A stretch of 63,432 bases of DNA, counting the filler, from Phoronis australis (taxonomy: Eukaryota; Animalia; Phoronida): the NCBI GenBank assembly GCA_002633005.1. It is 10 parts of 10 records of this genome, joined end to end, with 100 filler letters (N's around TTAATTAATTAA, not from the genome) between each part and the next. Parts side by side here need not be neighbours in the genome. Positions count along the whole stretch, not along the records: positions 27,483 to 51,797 come from NMRA01001361.1; positions 51,898 to 54,651 come from NMRA01001991.1; positions 54,752 to 58,504 come from NMRA01002857.1; positions 58,605 to 62,120 come from NMRA01002974.1; 6 more parts are not named here. One strand, 5' to 3'. The notes beneath the pieces were generated by a model. The model was not told the origin of the DNA, did not search any database, and was given only the letters and a program-made list of their open reading frames with translations. The position numbers and the translations under genes were made by a program. Shown here piece after piece: positions 48,337-60,515 of the stretch (position 1 is the first letter of the stretch; the number at the start of each line of letters is the position of its first letter).

Positions 48337-48998
48337 CGAACAGACCCCCCATGAGATGTATATGGCTGTCATAAATTTCACAATGAACACAAGGATGCAT
48401 GACTCATTTACTCTTATTTCGGGAAAATTGGGAGAAAGGCAGAAGGTCCATTTACTTTTTTGAGAAGTTATATTCAGCGTTCACAATTTTTACGTCACAG
48501 CGCGTGTACTTGCCACATACATTTTGAAAATTGGTCTACAGCTTCGTTTAATGTTCGCAAGTTTTATATTTTTGACACACTACAAGTCTTATTTGGCACA
48601 TACATTCTCCTGTTAGTTGGCAGACACTTCAAAAACGGATGCCCGCAACAAACATTCAAGTCAGGTACTTGGCATTTGTAACCAATAAAAACGAAATAAA
48701 CAGATTTTCCAGATGATCCTCGGAGGTGAGTGAATCGTAAATACCATTTGTTGAGGCGCATTGACAAATTTTGCTGTAAATAGATGTTGACCAGCTTTCG
48801 CGTCCACGGTAATTAAATCGAACGCAACAGGGCTGAGCTCATAATTTGAGTGTATCCTGCAATACTAGTGATCAGTTGGCAAAGAACAATTTCCAAACGA
48901 CAAAATGCATGACATGTTGGACTGCTCGTATTTTTTATTTATTATTAACAGTGTGCGGAAATGAAACAATTAGCTTTGTTTCATAACGTTTATGAGCA

Positions 48999-50026
48999 CA
49001 GTGGCGGATCTAGGATATCACAAGGGGGGCCCAACATTTTTCTCTGTAAAAATTTTCGCAAAGCATGATTGTAGATGCGCATGGCACCGAATGGGGGGAT
49101 ATCGGGCGGGGGTTTGCCCCCCACCCGCCCAGGAAATTTTTCTGTTTTTTTCCTATAAAAATCAAGCATTTTCCTTAATTCCTGAAGTATTATCCAAGAA
49201 AAAAGAAAAAACAAAAACAAAACAAAACAAAAAAAAACGGAGAACTTGTCAAGCAAGAAAAACTGCAAAACCATAAACTCGAAGTCGCGACCTGTCGGAT
49301 AGAACGCGCGTGCTTTACCACTGTACCACCACGATTTAGCTCCTACGTTGTTACAAAGAGACCTACTTGTTTATAGTCCACGGCGTTTGCGCGCGAAACC
49401 TACTTCTTTTTGTAATGCTTATTACACGTTTTATATTTTGTGCAATCAGTTCGTAACAAATTTTGTTATATTTAAAATAATCTTCAATTGCCCAAAAGAC
49501 CAAATCCGTTTTTTGTGCTGGCAATAATGACGCGACTGCTTTGGAAATCGTCTTAAGTTAAGGTTTGACAAAGAGAGAATTATGAGTTTCTGAGTGATTC
49601 ACTAAGGCTTCGATTAAAATTCTCATCTTACCAGCAGCTTCTGTTTTTTCAGCGTCACTCAGATTCTATTTTCTTTAAAAATGAAGTAATTTTCTTCATT
49701 GCACAGTGGAGCAGACGACGGAAACGGAGTCGCAATGAGTAGCGCCACTGCCGGTCGCCTGGGATATCGCGGGAGAGCCTATACTTAGCCATAGTTCCGT
49801 TATGATTGCGCCGTGCTGCGAATTTGACATTTGAAATTGGATCTGAGCCCCCTCCCCCCAAACACTAAAATTGCACACATTTAAATCTTGTTTCAGCCGT
49901 ATAATTTTAATTACCGGGGTTAATTAATAAACTCAACATTTCCCTACGCTCTTACTGTTTTATTTTTTTTCGGCAGCCAAGGGTGGGGGCGGACCCCCTG
50001 GCCCCCCCCCCCTAAATCTGCCTATG
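48999..50026. mobile_element. ~1-kb hAT-like MITE with an imperfect 5-bp TSD
   Basis: GAGCA|CAGTGGCGGATCTAGG ... CCTAAATCTGCCTATG|GCGCA. Confidence 0.75.
49275..49335 (-). pseudogene. tRNA-derived sequence (SINE head or tRNA pseudogene)
   Basis: Minus strand GTGGTGGTACAGTGGTAAAGCACGCGCG..GGTCGCGACTTCGAGTT has an A box (TGGTACAGTGG) and a degenerate B box at tRNA spacing, but no acceptor stem. Confidence 0.55.
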
Positions 50027-50555
50027 GCGCATACCGTACACGTATCGCAGAGGTGAACCAACATGATGGATTAGTCTGCTGCTCCAAAGATCTTTTTTGT
50101 TACAGCTACAAAACAACGAACTACAGTCATGTGACTTTCAAACTGGAGAATGAATGGCCATATGTCGGACTGAAGTTCGCACATGCAAAGATAACGCTCA
50201 CCACCTGAGACAACGGAAATACCCAACTGAGGTGTTGCGGATGTATAAAGCACCAAAGGGTTATTAAACGAGTACCTTTCTACGCGTTGAAATGTGCTTA
50301 TTCAACGAGACTTTTGCTTAATCAACGCGTAGTATTAGTTATTCAACGCGCTAATTTGGTTCTTAAACCTTTCTGTTCTTATTCAACTTGAAAAATTAGT
50401 TATTTAACGCGTACTTTTAAATAGCTTGCGTAATCCAATCACGTCCGTCCTCTAAAATCTCAAAATAGCGAAAACTTTCTACATGGGACCAAGGCCAATT
50501 TCGAAGATTGTTCTCCACCACGGCCATATTTCGTCTGCGTGGCCTTCTCGCGGTG

Positions 50556-51286
50556 GTCGCTGGTTCCTTGCGTGTCCGCTATGGGCCGGCCGGGTAGATG
50601 ACACGCGGGTATCATTTTTTCCTCGGGAAATTTTTTACACCGTCTTTTCTGATTGACTGGTCGAACTTTCAACAAGTAGCGCTTTACGTAAACAAATTGG
50701 CATGACTGAGGAAGTGTAAATGTGGTCTGTTGTACAGACAAATCAGTCCTTAATCCATGTTCAAGAAATGTGAATCCCCGAAAATTGTGGTTGCGCATTT
50801 TCGGTGTGCATCTTTCTACTCTCGCTGACTTGTGTTTACGTTGCTGTCCTGCCTCCCGTTCAGTAACGCTAGGACCTCGCTAAAAAGCAAGACTTCGCGA
50901 GATTACGTGAGATATAGCCGTGCATTTTAAAAGAGAACGAGTGACTTTGACTACGTTTTAGCTAGGTCCTAGCGTAGGTCCTAGCGTCTACTGAACGCAC
51001 GCCTGTATTCATACAGTATGAATTATACACCGGTTAAATCGGCCAGATGTGTGTTTATTGCACATGCATGTGCAAAGCACGCGGCTATTGTAAACATTAC
51101 TATAGTTGCTGCTACGCCACTTGCATGACAAGGCTAAAAACGTTCATAGTCCGCCATATTCTCTCTTTGTTGTAAAACTAACCAATGACTGTCGAGGTTA
51201 CATCAACCAGTGATAAAACGCGTGCTACTGAATGATACCTAGTGCGTACTGTCTACTCCCTAGCGGACACGCAAGGAACCAGCGAG
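50556..51286 (-). mobile_element. Second copy of the 10-bp-TSD element (see 11418-11997)
   Basis: TCTCGCGGTG|GTCGCTGGTTCC ... GGAACCAGCGAG|CCTCGCGGTG. The internal sequence is the reverse complement of 11418-11997 plus a 151-bp insertion. Confidence 0.85.
50852..51002. mobile_element. Harbinger-type MITE with a 3-bp TSD (CTG)
   Basis: CTG|CCTCCCGTTCAGTAACGCTAGGACCT ... AGGTCCTAGCGTCTACTGAACGCACGC|CTG. The empty site is visible in the 11418-11997 copy. Confidence 0.8.
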
Positions 51287-51511
51287 CCTCGCGGTGGTAC
51301 GCACTGACTGTGAATACAACAAATAACTAATTCAGCGTGTTGAATAAGTTTTAACCTAAAATACGCGTTGACTAAGCAGCAGTGCGCGTTGCCAAGCGCG
51401 TTGAATAACTAATTCAGCGCATTAATTAAGCTGTAACACGCGTCGGTTGTATTTCAACAAACAGAAAGGTACTCGTTCAAGAACCTTTTGGCGCTTCAAC
51501 TACTCCACCTG

Positions 51512-51616
51512 CAGTGGCCCATATGGCCGTTCGGGAGTGCGAATGTTTGACGGACAAAATCCTGACCAATACTCTACCCTGGCCCCCCCTAACTCAAAAT
51601 CCTGAATCCACCCCTG
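51512..51616. mobile_element. Short hAT-like MITE with a 5-bp TSD
   Basis: ACCTG|CAGTGGCCCATATGG ... CCTGAATCCACCCCTG|ACCTG. Confidence 0.7.
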
Positions 51617-51897
51617 ACCTGAATCTTCACAAGCCTGGCTGACGCTTTCAACTGAGTCGTCACAAGGTAGCGCTGAAGGTATTCCCGACGACAGTGATGG
51701 ATAGTCGGCAACACTGTTCTGTGGATTCCTCAGACAAAAATAGACACGATGGCGGAGTGGTGGTATAAATTTCGTTTCATGCAAAATGCGAACAGACNNN
51801 NNNNNNNNNNNNNNNNNNNNNNNNNNNNNNNNNNNNNNNNNTTAATTAATTAANNNNNNNNNNNNNNNNNNNNNNNNNNNNNNNNNNNNNNNNNNNN

Positions 51898-54495
51898 TAC
51901 AGCATGCTGGAAACAACTTTCCAAACTACCTCAAAGCTTGGCTATGTTTTTGTTGACAAAATTGTTATTACTCGAGCAATTTAGAAAATTCAATTACGTA
52001 TAACTGAGGCCTACTATACTAACATGACCAACAGTTCAGTTCTAGTCTCGGTGGGCCTCATTGCTAGACCCCTTGAGTCAGGTTTCTAGCTCTTCATCTC
52101 GGTTTTAACTATGTATATATAAAGAATAAAAATGATTCCAGGTGATCAATGCAATGGACCCACATGCGCAGCCTGCTTACGTCTGGTACAACATGTATCA
52201 GATCGCCTGCAATTACTTTTTATATATCGTCCAATGTTTTATCAAACTTTTATAACTTGTAATAATTTTCAAAAAACAACCCGAACTAAGAATTAAAAGA
52301 ACTTTTGGAATATCTCTATATATTATTCTAAATTTAAGAACGTATTTTAATACAGCATTTTTGGTAAAGAGGGCTTGTCTGTGTTCATGATCATGATTTT
52401 TGTCCGCCCCTCCCTAGCCACTGTTTAGTTTCATGGGTTGTGAGTCTGATTTATTATCCCTTTTTCCGTGCATACATATAGTTATCAATCTTATTTTGCA
52501 ACGGGTGGATCCAGGGATACCCAACCCTGGCCACCTTTAAGTTATTTGGGTAAATAAATTAATGAATTAAAAACTTCTTACCATTTACTTGAATAATATC
52601 ATTGGTTGTTATTATAACACCTTCTGTCAAATACAAGTATAACTCGGCAGAACAATGAGGACATTGAGTTTGGTCAAGTTGAAGAACTGTCAGATACAGC
52701 ATGTGTTGTCTGCAAAGTTTTGTCTTTTGATTATCAGTCAACACAAACTGTATTGATGTCTTTGACATGCATTTGTACCGCTCATACTGGTCTGTACCGC
52801 CAGCATATGTGAACATACATATGGTACCGAGTCACTACACAGGTAAGAACTATGACATCAATTCTATATTTATCAAAATGTATGATCCACTTGTAACAGG
52901 CAATAAATTTGAAAACTGGCTGAATTCATTTGTGACAAAACATTTCTTGATCATTCGCTACGTTGACTACATGACCAGAGCACAAGGTGCCAGTGACAGC
53001 ATGACTAGGACACAATATGCCAACTGAGTACATGACCAGGACACAAGGTGACAACTGACTACATGACCAGGGCAAAAGGTGCCAACTGACTACATTACCA
53101 GGGCACAAGGTGCCAACTGACTACGTGACCAGGACTCAATGAGCAATTGACTGCATGACCAGGACACAAGGTGCCAACTGACTGCATGACCAGGGCACAA
53201 GGTGCCAACTGACTACAAGACCAGGGCACAAGGCGCCAAGTGACTACATGACCAGGGCCCGNGTAAATTAGATTATACAGCATGCTGGAAACAACTTTCC
53301 AAACTACCTCAAAGCTTGGCTATGTTTTTGTTGACAAAGTTGTTATTACTCGAGCAATTTAGAAAATTCAATTACGTATAACTGAGGCCTACTATACTAA
53401 CATGACCAACAGTTCAGTTCTAGTCTTGGTGGGCCTCACTGCTAGACCCCTTGAGTCAGGTTTCTAGCTCTTCATCTCGGTTTTAACTATGTATATATAA
53501 AGAATAAAAATGATTCCAGGTGATCAATGCAATGGACCCACATGCGCAGCCTGCTTACGTCTGGTACAACATGTATCAGATCGCCGTCCAATGTTTTATC
53601 AAACTTTTATAACTTGTAATAATTTTCAAAAAACAACCCGAACTAAGAATTAAAAGGACTTTTGGAATATCTCTATATATTATTCTAAATTTAAGAAGGT
53701 ATTTTAATACAGCATTTTTGGTAAGGAGGGCTTGTCTGTGTTCATGATTATGATTTTTGTCCGCCCCTCCCTAGCCACTGTTTAGTTTCATGGGTTGTGA
53801 GTCTGATTTATTATCCCTTTTTCCGTGCATACATATAGTTATCAATCTTATTTTGTAACGGGTGGATCCAGGGATACCCAACCCTGGCCACCTTTAAGTT
53901 ATTTGGGTAAATAAATTAATGAATTAAAAACATCTTACCATTTACTTGAATAATATCATTTGTTGTTATTATAACACCTTCTGTCAAATACAAGTATAAC
54001 TCGGCAGAACAATGAGGACATTGAGTTTGGTCAAGTTGAAGAACTGTCAGATACAGCATGTGTTGTCTGCAAAGTTTTGTCTTTTGATTATCGGTCAACA
54101 CAAACTGTATTGATGTCTTTGACATGCATTTGTACCGCTCATACTGGTCTGTACCGCCAGCATATGTGAACATACATATGGTACCGAGTCACTACACAGG
54201 TAAGAACTATGACATCAATTCTATATTTATCAAAATGTATGATCCACTTGTAACAGGCAATAAATTTGAAAACTGGCTGAATTCATTTGTGACAAAACAT
54301 TTCTTGATCATTCGCTACGTTGACTACATGACCAGAGCACAAGGTGCCAGTGACAGCATGACTAGGACACAATATGCCAACTGAGTACATGACCAGGACA
54401 CAAGGTGACAACTGACTACATGACCAGGGCAAAAGGTGCCAACTGACTACATTACCAGGGCACAAGGTGCCAACTGACTGCATGACCAGGACACA
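51898..54495 (+). repeat. ~1.35-kb near-identical direct duplication (51898-53260 / 53277-54495), probably two haplotypes
   Basis: The two copies differ by scattered SNPs and a ~21-bp indel, and are joined at a single N (53262). Confidence 0.9.
52963..53260 (+). repeat. 31-bp minisatellite (TGACTACATGACCAGGGCACAAGGTGCCAAC); second array at 54321-54495
   Basis: About 9-10 units in the first array and about 6 in the second. Confidence 0.9.
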
Positions 54496-55163
54496 CCCAA
54501 ACATGCACACACATACACAATAATTTATATAGTAAATGAGATTATAATTGAAATTTGGCTTCAAGTATAGGGTGACCATGTATACCTTAAAGGAGCATGC
54601 CACCCAAAAAACAACCTAATTTGTACCAATTTAGATCGAGTAGTTCTACTCNNNNNNNNNNNNNNNNNNNNNNNNNNNNNNNNNNNNNNNNNNNNTTAAT
54701 TAATTAANNNNNNNNNNNNNNNNNNNNNNNNNNNNNNNNNNNNNNNNNNNNATGAAGCTCACTAAGGGAATTTAGAAGCACCACCTAGAGAGCGAAATTC
54801 AAACAACTTCGTAATTGTAATTAAACCTAATACTGAATATAAATGTAATTTATTTGACTAAGAAACTGTTGACCCTAACTTGGCCTTGTTATTATTGCAT
54901 GTGATTTAGTAGAAATACAAAACTGTTTCAGATGACATCTGAGGGTGTAGTGCAGGAAGGACCCACGGGAACCCACCACCTTACTTCCTTACACTGCCAA
55001 GGAACGGCTCCTCTGTAAAACTATTTGCTGTTGATACTCTAAACTTGAGACAATTCAACGTTATGTGTGTTGCTACAGTACTACGTGTTAGTATTCAAGT
55101 CTACAGTTCTTCTTTCTACTCTTTAACACTGTGTAGACTCGAGTACGTAGCACTGAATATGAC

Positions 55164-56973
55164 ACAAGAGCAACGCAGAGCATTGAAATGCGCCCACAAT
55201 TGCACCGTATATGGTATCCTTCTAGGGTTGTTTATTGGTACCATAAAGTGGCCAGTAGAGGGCACATATATAGTATGTTGTACTTTGCAAAATGGAAAGG
55301 CATGGTCATTGTCTCCTCAATAGGCTAGGGGCAAAATGTGAGTGATCTTCATAATACAAGCACATCCTATACATCAGTTGCTTAAAGCACCACAGAAACA
55401 GAATTAAAAACAAATTTAACAACATACGAGATTAGCACAACATTAGAATGCCAGAAACAAATTTCTACTTGGAACTTTTCCTTCATAGTCACGAAGTAAC
55501 ACAAAGTATACACCTGAAGACCTATGAAAATACAGAGGTCAATGTGAAATACTTAAATTGCCTCTAGAGGCATACCGGTAGTCAGAATCATCTTAAAGTC
55601 GTCATTGTCCGTTGTCAACATCACATAAATACACTTGCTAAATTTAGTAAAGATCCTGCAAACGGTTTGGGAGATACAGCCATGGGCGCAAAAAAAAACT
55701 GCCACTAGGAGGCGCCACAGTAATCAAAGTCATGGGAAATTCAGCGCCAACCGTCCTCTTCATAGTAAGAACATGCATGCCAATTTTCACAATCATACTT
55801 AGAGCGGTTTGGTTGATAGAGGGGTGGACGCCAAAAAACAGACTCAAAAACAGTAAAAATGGCCACTGGGTGTCGCAAACTAGGTNNNNNNNNNNNNNNN
55901 NNNNNNNNNNNNNNNNNNNNNNNNNNNNNNNNNNNNNNNNNNNNNNNNNNNNNNNNNNNNNNNNNNNNNNNNNNNNNNNNNNNNNNNNNNNNNNNNNNNN
56001 NNNNNNNNNNNNNNNNNNNNNNNNNNNNNNNNNNNNNNNNNNNNNNNNNNNNNNNNNNNNNNNNNNNNNNNNNNNNNNNNNNNNNNNNNNNNNNNNNNNN
56101 NNNNNNNNNNNNNNNNNNNNNNNNNNNNNNNNNNNNNNNNNNNNNNNNNNNNNNNNNNNNNNNNNNNNNNNNNNNNNNNNNNNNNNNNNNNNNNNNNNNN
56201 NNNNNNNNNNNNNNNNNNNNNNNNNNNNNNNNNNNNNNNNNNNNNNNNNNNNNNNNNNNNNNNNNNNNNNNNNNNNNNNNNNNNNNNNNNNNNNNNNNNN
56301 NNNNNNNNNNNNNNNNNNNNNNNNNNNNNNNNNNNNGATCCGTCCAAAAGTCGTCATCTTCCGTTGTTAACATCATATAAATATACTTACACAATTTCGT
56401 AAAGATCCTGCGAACGGTTTAGGAGATACAGCGATAGGCGAAAAAAAAACAAAACTGCCACTAGGAGGTGCCACAGTAGTCAAAATCGTCGGAAAATCAT
56501 CGTCAACCGTCCTCTACATAGTAAACATATACATGCCAATTTTCACAATCATCCTTTGAGCGGTTTGGTTGATAGAGGGGTTGACGCACAAAAACAGACT
56601 CGAAAACACTAAAAATGGCCACTAGGTGGCGCAAACTATGTCGAATCCATCTGAAAACGGAAGGATAGCGTCATCTCACTAATAGGTGCCTACATACCAA
56701 ATTTCATGAAAAGCCGTTCAGGACTTTTGAAGATACAAAGGTAAGTGTAAAAAACTAAAATTGCCACTATGGGGCACATCGGTAGTCGAATCCGTCCGAA
56801 AGTTCGCACATGCCGTCCCATTCATGAATGGAACATATGTGCCAAAGTTCATGAACGTATGTCAAAGGGTTTTGGAGATAGAGCAGCGGACGCTGGACGC
56901 CGGACGGACACCGCCCGGATGGACGGAGATGACGGCATAATGCGTCCATATATAAATATGTGGGCGCATAAAA
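55164..56973 (-). mobile_element. Helentron/HINE-type element with internal tandem subunits
   Basis: 5' end TTTTATGCGCCCACA..TGGACGCATTATGCCGTC (on the minus strand) with a CCGTCC/GGAC microsatellite, ~150-170-bp subunits containing CCACTAGG, and a 3' end GTGGGCGCATTTCAATGCTCTGCGTTGCTCTTGT. Confidence 0.75.
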
Positions 56974-58310
56974 ATTAGGCTTCATAAAAACAACATTGCT
57001 GCATACAGGATGACCTAAGTCTCTAATAGATTAGATATAGGTTGGTGCTTCAACCAGTGCTTCATGTTGAAAGTATACACGAACAATTTGAACTCATCTA
57101 ATTTTTGACAACCATCTTGCATAACTCATTGTGTATTGCCGTGTAGGTACAACATAAGCTGGCATATTGAAAATGAAACACTACATAACTCTACACAAGC
57201 CAGGTGTGAAAATCCGTTATGTTCAACACAGTTTACCTTCCATGTTATTTTTCTAGGACTGCACCAATGGTGACAGTATAGGACATCTAAAGATGCTATT
57301 TTACTTTTTATGATAAACATTAAGCCTAAACACAAAATTCCCTTTGCGCTAACAAAATTGCAATCAACATGTGTCACAAGTTCAGGTGACATAACTGGGT
57401 TAACTACGATCTATGACATGACTCATATCCATCATACCACACCTACGGATGGATTGGGGATTACCAATACCGGTAATTATATTTATGTCATACAATCAAT
57501 GACAGTAGTGTTACTGAAGATTGCCAGTAAAGAAAAAGAAGACAAGAATGAGTCATGTCATCAATGATACAACTCTGAGGTCAATATAACTAAGTGCTCG
57601 CCACAGTAGAAAATTTAAAATTGGCTGGAATTACAAAAATATATGTGATTGGCGTTTAAAAGTTATTGTCCACACTGTGGGCAGTTTGTGCGTTAAAAGT
57701 TAAAATAAATGCATGGAACTGGTGCCAAAAGTCCAAAATGTCCCAATTTCTTGTAGAAATGACTAATCTCCCAATACTTCAAACTTGTTCAACCTTTTCA
57801 AACTTGATGAAAGTAAGCCAGACTTGTCACAGCAACATTCAATCTCTACAAAGTGACAAGTCACAAACAGGACTGCAGTAACCACTACATGTACATACAG
57901 TAAATCTCATTTTACAAAAAAATTATTGCCGTAGTTGTCATTTTCCGTGTTTTATAGCCTGGCAACCTTTCAACGAATAACCGTCAGCGTGCTACTTCAA
58001 ACAGTTGTACATGCAGTACTCATCGCAGTTGGCAAATACAATTCAGCTTGGTCAGTGCTCACCATACATCGCGTGATAAACTATAAAAAAACTGTATTAA
58101 CCCACAAGCATAAGATGACAACGGAACAAAATAATGGAAGACGTGAAATTGGCATTTGTTCAACAAATCAAGAAAGTCGACACATTAACGACAGTCAGCA
58201 GGTTACATACAAACAAAATGGCTGGAAAATTACAGAAGTGAACAGTGTTATACATCTTCTACAGCAAAAGTGCTGTAACAGAGCACTGTGAACATAGGAA
58301 GTTTAATTAC

Positions 58311-58424
58311 CTGAAACTTGTACTCATCCTTGACAATTTTAATGCCCATGTCTGATGCTAGGTTGGAGAAAAAGCCATTTGGTCTGAGAACAAGCACTTC
58401 GCTGATGTCTGACGGAAAGAAAGC
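58311..58424 (-). CDS. MCF2L: DBS/MCF2L-like Rho guanine nucleotide exchange factor, single exon of the SEC14/CRAL-TRIO domain
   Basis: ttttgtag|...|gtaatt, 114 bp, phase 0. AFFPSDISEVLVLRPNGFFSNLASDMGIKIVKDEYKFQ resembles MCF2L ASFPANLQLVLVLRPTGFFQRTLSDIAFKFNRDDFK. Confidence 0.8.
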
Positions 58425-58681
58425 CTACAAAAGAGCCGGAAAATGAAAGTTTGAGGATCAACTACTGTGAAGAAATGTTATACATGTCAAAAGACAATTT
58501 ATTCNNNNNNNNNNNNNNNNNNNNNNNNNNNNNNNNNNNNNNNNNNNNTTAATTAATTAANNNNNNNNNNNNNNNNNNNNNNNNNNNNNNNNNNNNNNNN
58601 NNNNGGATTTTGACAGAAATTGGTATTTTTTTATAGCTTACCTCAGAGTTAATTGTAGTTTCCTTGTATGAAACATTTCAA

Positions 58682-59497
58682 TTTTTATGCGCCCACACAT
58701 TTATATGTGGACGCATTATGCCGTCATGTCCAGCCAGCGTGCGCTGCTCTATCTCTAAAACCCTTTGACATATTATGTTCATGAAATTTGGCACATATTT
58801 TCCATTAATGAAAAGGACGACATGAGCGAACTTTCGGACAGATCCGACTACCGGTATGCCCCCTAGTGGCAATTTTACTTTTTTACGCTTACCTTTGTAT
58901 CTTCAAAAGTTCCGAACGGATTTTTATGAAATTCGGTATGTAGGCACCTATTAGTGAGATGATGCTATCTTATTGTTTTTGGATGGAATCGAGGTATTTT
59001 GCACCACCTAGTGGCCATTTTTTGCTGTTTTCAAGTCTTGTTTTTGGTGTCCACTCCTGTATCAACCAAATCATTTGAAAATTGGTATATATGTTCTCAG
59101 TGTGAGGATGACCTTTGATGATGGTTTCTAACTACTGTGGCGCCTCCTCGCGGTAGTTTTGTTTTGCGCCAATAGTTGTATCTCCTAAACCCACTGTAGA
59201 ATCTTTACTAAATTTAGTAAATGTATTTATATGAAGATAACAACAGACGACGACTTTCAGGCGAATCCAACGGACACTGTGCCCACTAGTGGCAATTTCA
59301 TTTTATTCCGTTTTCCTTTGTTTCTTTGAAGTTCCTTGACAGATTTTTATGAAATATGGCATGTTCCTGTTTTTGAATAGATTGTATGTTTTTGCGCATT
59401 CTAGTAGCCATTTTTATGATACAAATAAATAACCGTAAAAGCACACCATGTGCAATGCATTTGTGGGCGCCTTTCAATGCTCCGCGTCGCTCTTGTT
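58682..59497 (+). mobile_element. Complete Helentron/HINE-type (DINE-1/pearl-like) non-autonomous element
   Basis: Starts in a T run with the palindrome ATGCGCCCAC..GTGGACGCAT, has central tandem subunits, a 3' subTIR GTGGGCGCCT and a short stem-loop before TT; no TSD. Confidence 0.8.
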
Positions 59498-60441
59498 GTA
59501 TTTCTAAGCGGTTGGCGGTTGATCAGAAATGTGTGTGTCGGTTAGTGAATGCAGTTGCTGTTATCTATATGGTCACATCAACAGTGGTTAGTCATACATG
59601 TAAGTCTATCATCCATCCACTTGTTGTGTTTGACTTGTGGTTTTGAAAACCTTGTGGCCTGGGGAGTCTGCTTTGTTAGCAGAAAGTTTTGGTCAGAACT
59701 ATCTGGTGATCAGTTTCATATAAGTGTGAAAGTACATATTGAAACCATAACAGCATTGTTTTTGATGTTACATTAAGTAAAATGCAGGTCTCTGGTTATC
59801 TATGAAAGAGAATTTGTGTGTTGAATCACTGTTCTGCAGTTGACGTATATGTACTTATCCCTGGAGTGGTAGTACGGTTGCCACTTCCAGGGGTCCCTCA
59901 TTTAAAGAACCAGTTTTCTCCTTTGAATGACGATCATCAAACTGGTTCTCAGAACTCGGGTCCCCTGTTAGTGACTATCACCCATAGAGCTATAGAAAAT
60001 GACATTAATGGCCTAGCAACATGATATGGCTTTGTTCTCCATTCACTTCCATTGAGCAAAAAAAGGGGGAGGGGCCTGCACAGACTGGGTTCTAAAGCAA
60101 GTTGGATGTTATGTTTCTTCAATCGAAGTAAATGCCTTTTGCCAGGCTGATCACGTCACTTTATATTGTCTCATGGATCGTAAATACACTGAAGGGAAAC
60201 AGTAATTAACCTGCAAAATGTATTACTAAGAAAATCATGGAAGGTATCTATTTGTTTGCCTAAACATTAACAAAAATGGTTACGTTTCCCTTTACGGCGC
60301 CTTAGCCCAGTGAACTCGACGGTTCTTGAAGGATTCTTAAAAATTTTTTAATGAAATAACAAAACCTGATTTCTTCAAATGACTTTTGTATGGGAATTCC
60401 TTCAAGTTTGCGATGTTGTACCATTTGTATTGATTTTCCAG

Positions 60442-60515
60442 GAAAAAATTACAAGTATGATGAGATGCTTGTGGTACCTATTGTGGAGAATACACCTGAG
60501 GAAAAGGATTTGAAG
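60442..60515 (+). CDS. APIP: Methylthioribulose-1-phosphate dehydratase (APIP/MtnB), single exon
   Basis: ttttccag|...|gtttgt. (G)KNYKYDEMLVVPIVENTPEEKDLK is nearly identical to APIP YRYDDMLVVPIIENTPEEKDLK. Confidence 0.88.

Larger units (their letters stand above)
50247..51497. mobile_element. DNA transposon derivative with ~47-bp imperfect TIRs and TTCAACGCG subterminal repeats; hosts two nested elements
   Basis: AAAGCACCAAAGGGTTATTAAACGAGTACCTTTCT vs the inverted end AGAAAGGTACTCGTTCAAGAACCTTTTGGCGCTTC. Confidence 0.75.

Noticed and set aside
49275-49335. Functional tRNA gene
   Set aside because: A and B boxes are present but there is no acceptor stem or proper anticodon arm, and it is embedded in a MITE.
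52963-53260. 31-bp repeat array as a CRISPR-like locus
   Set aside because: The units are head-to-tail with no unique spacers, there are no cas genes, and the context is eukaryotic: a minisatellite.
52559-54384. Duplicated 85-86-aa ORFs as a tandem gene pair
   Set aside because: No recognisable domain or splice structure; their identity simply reflects the duplicated block.
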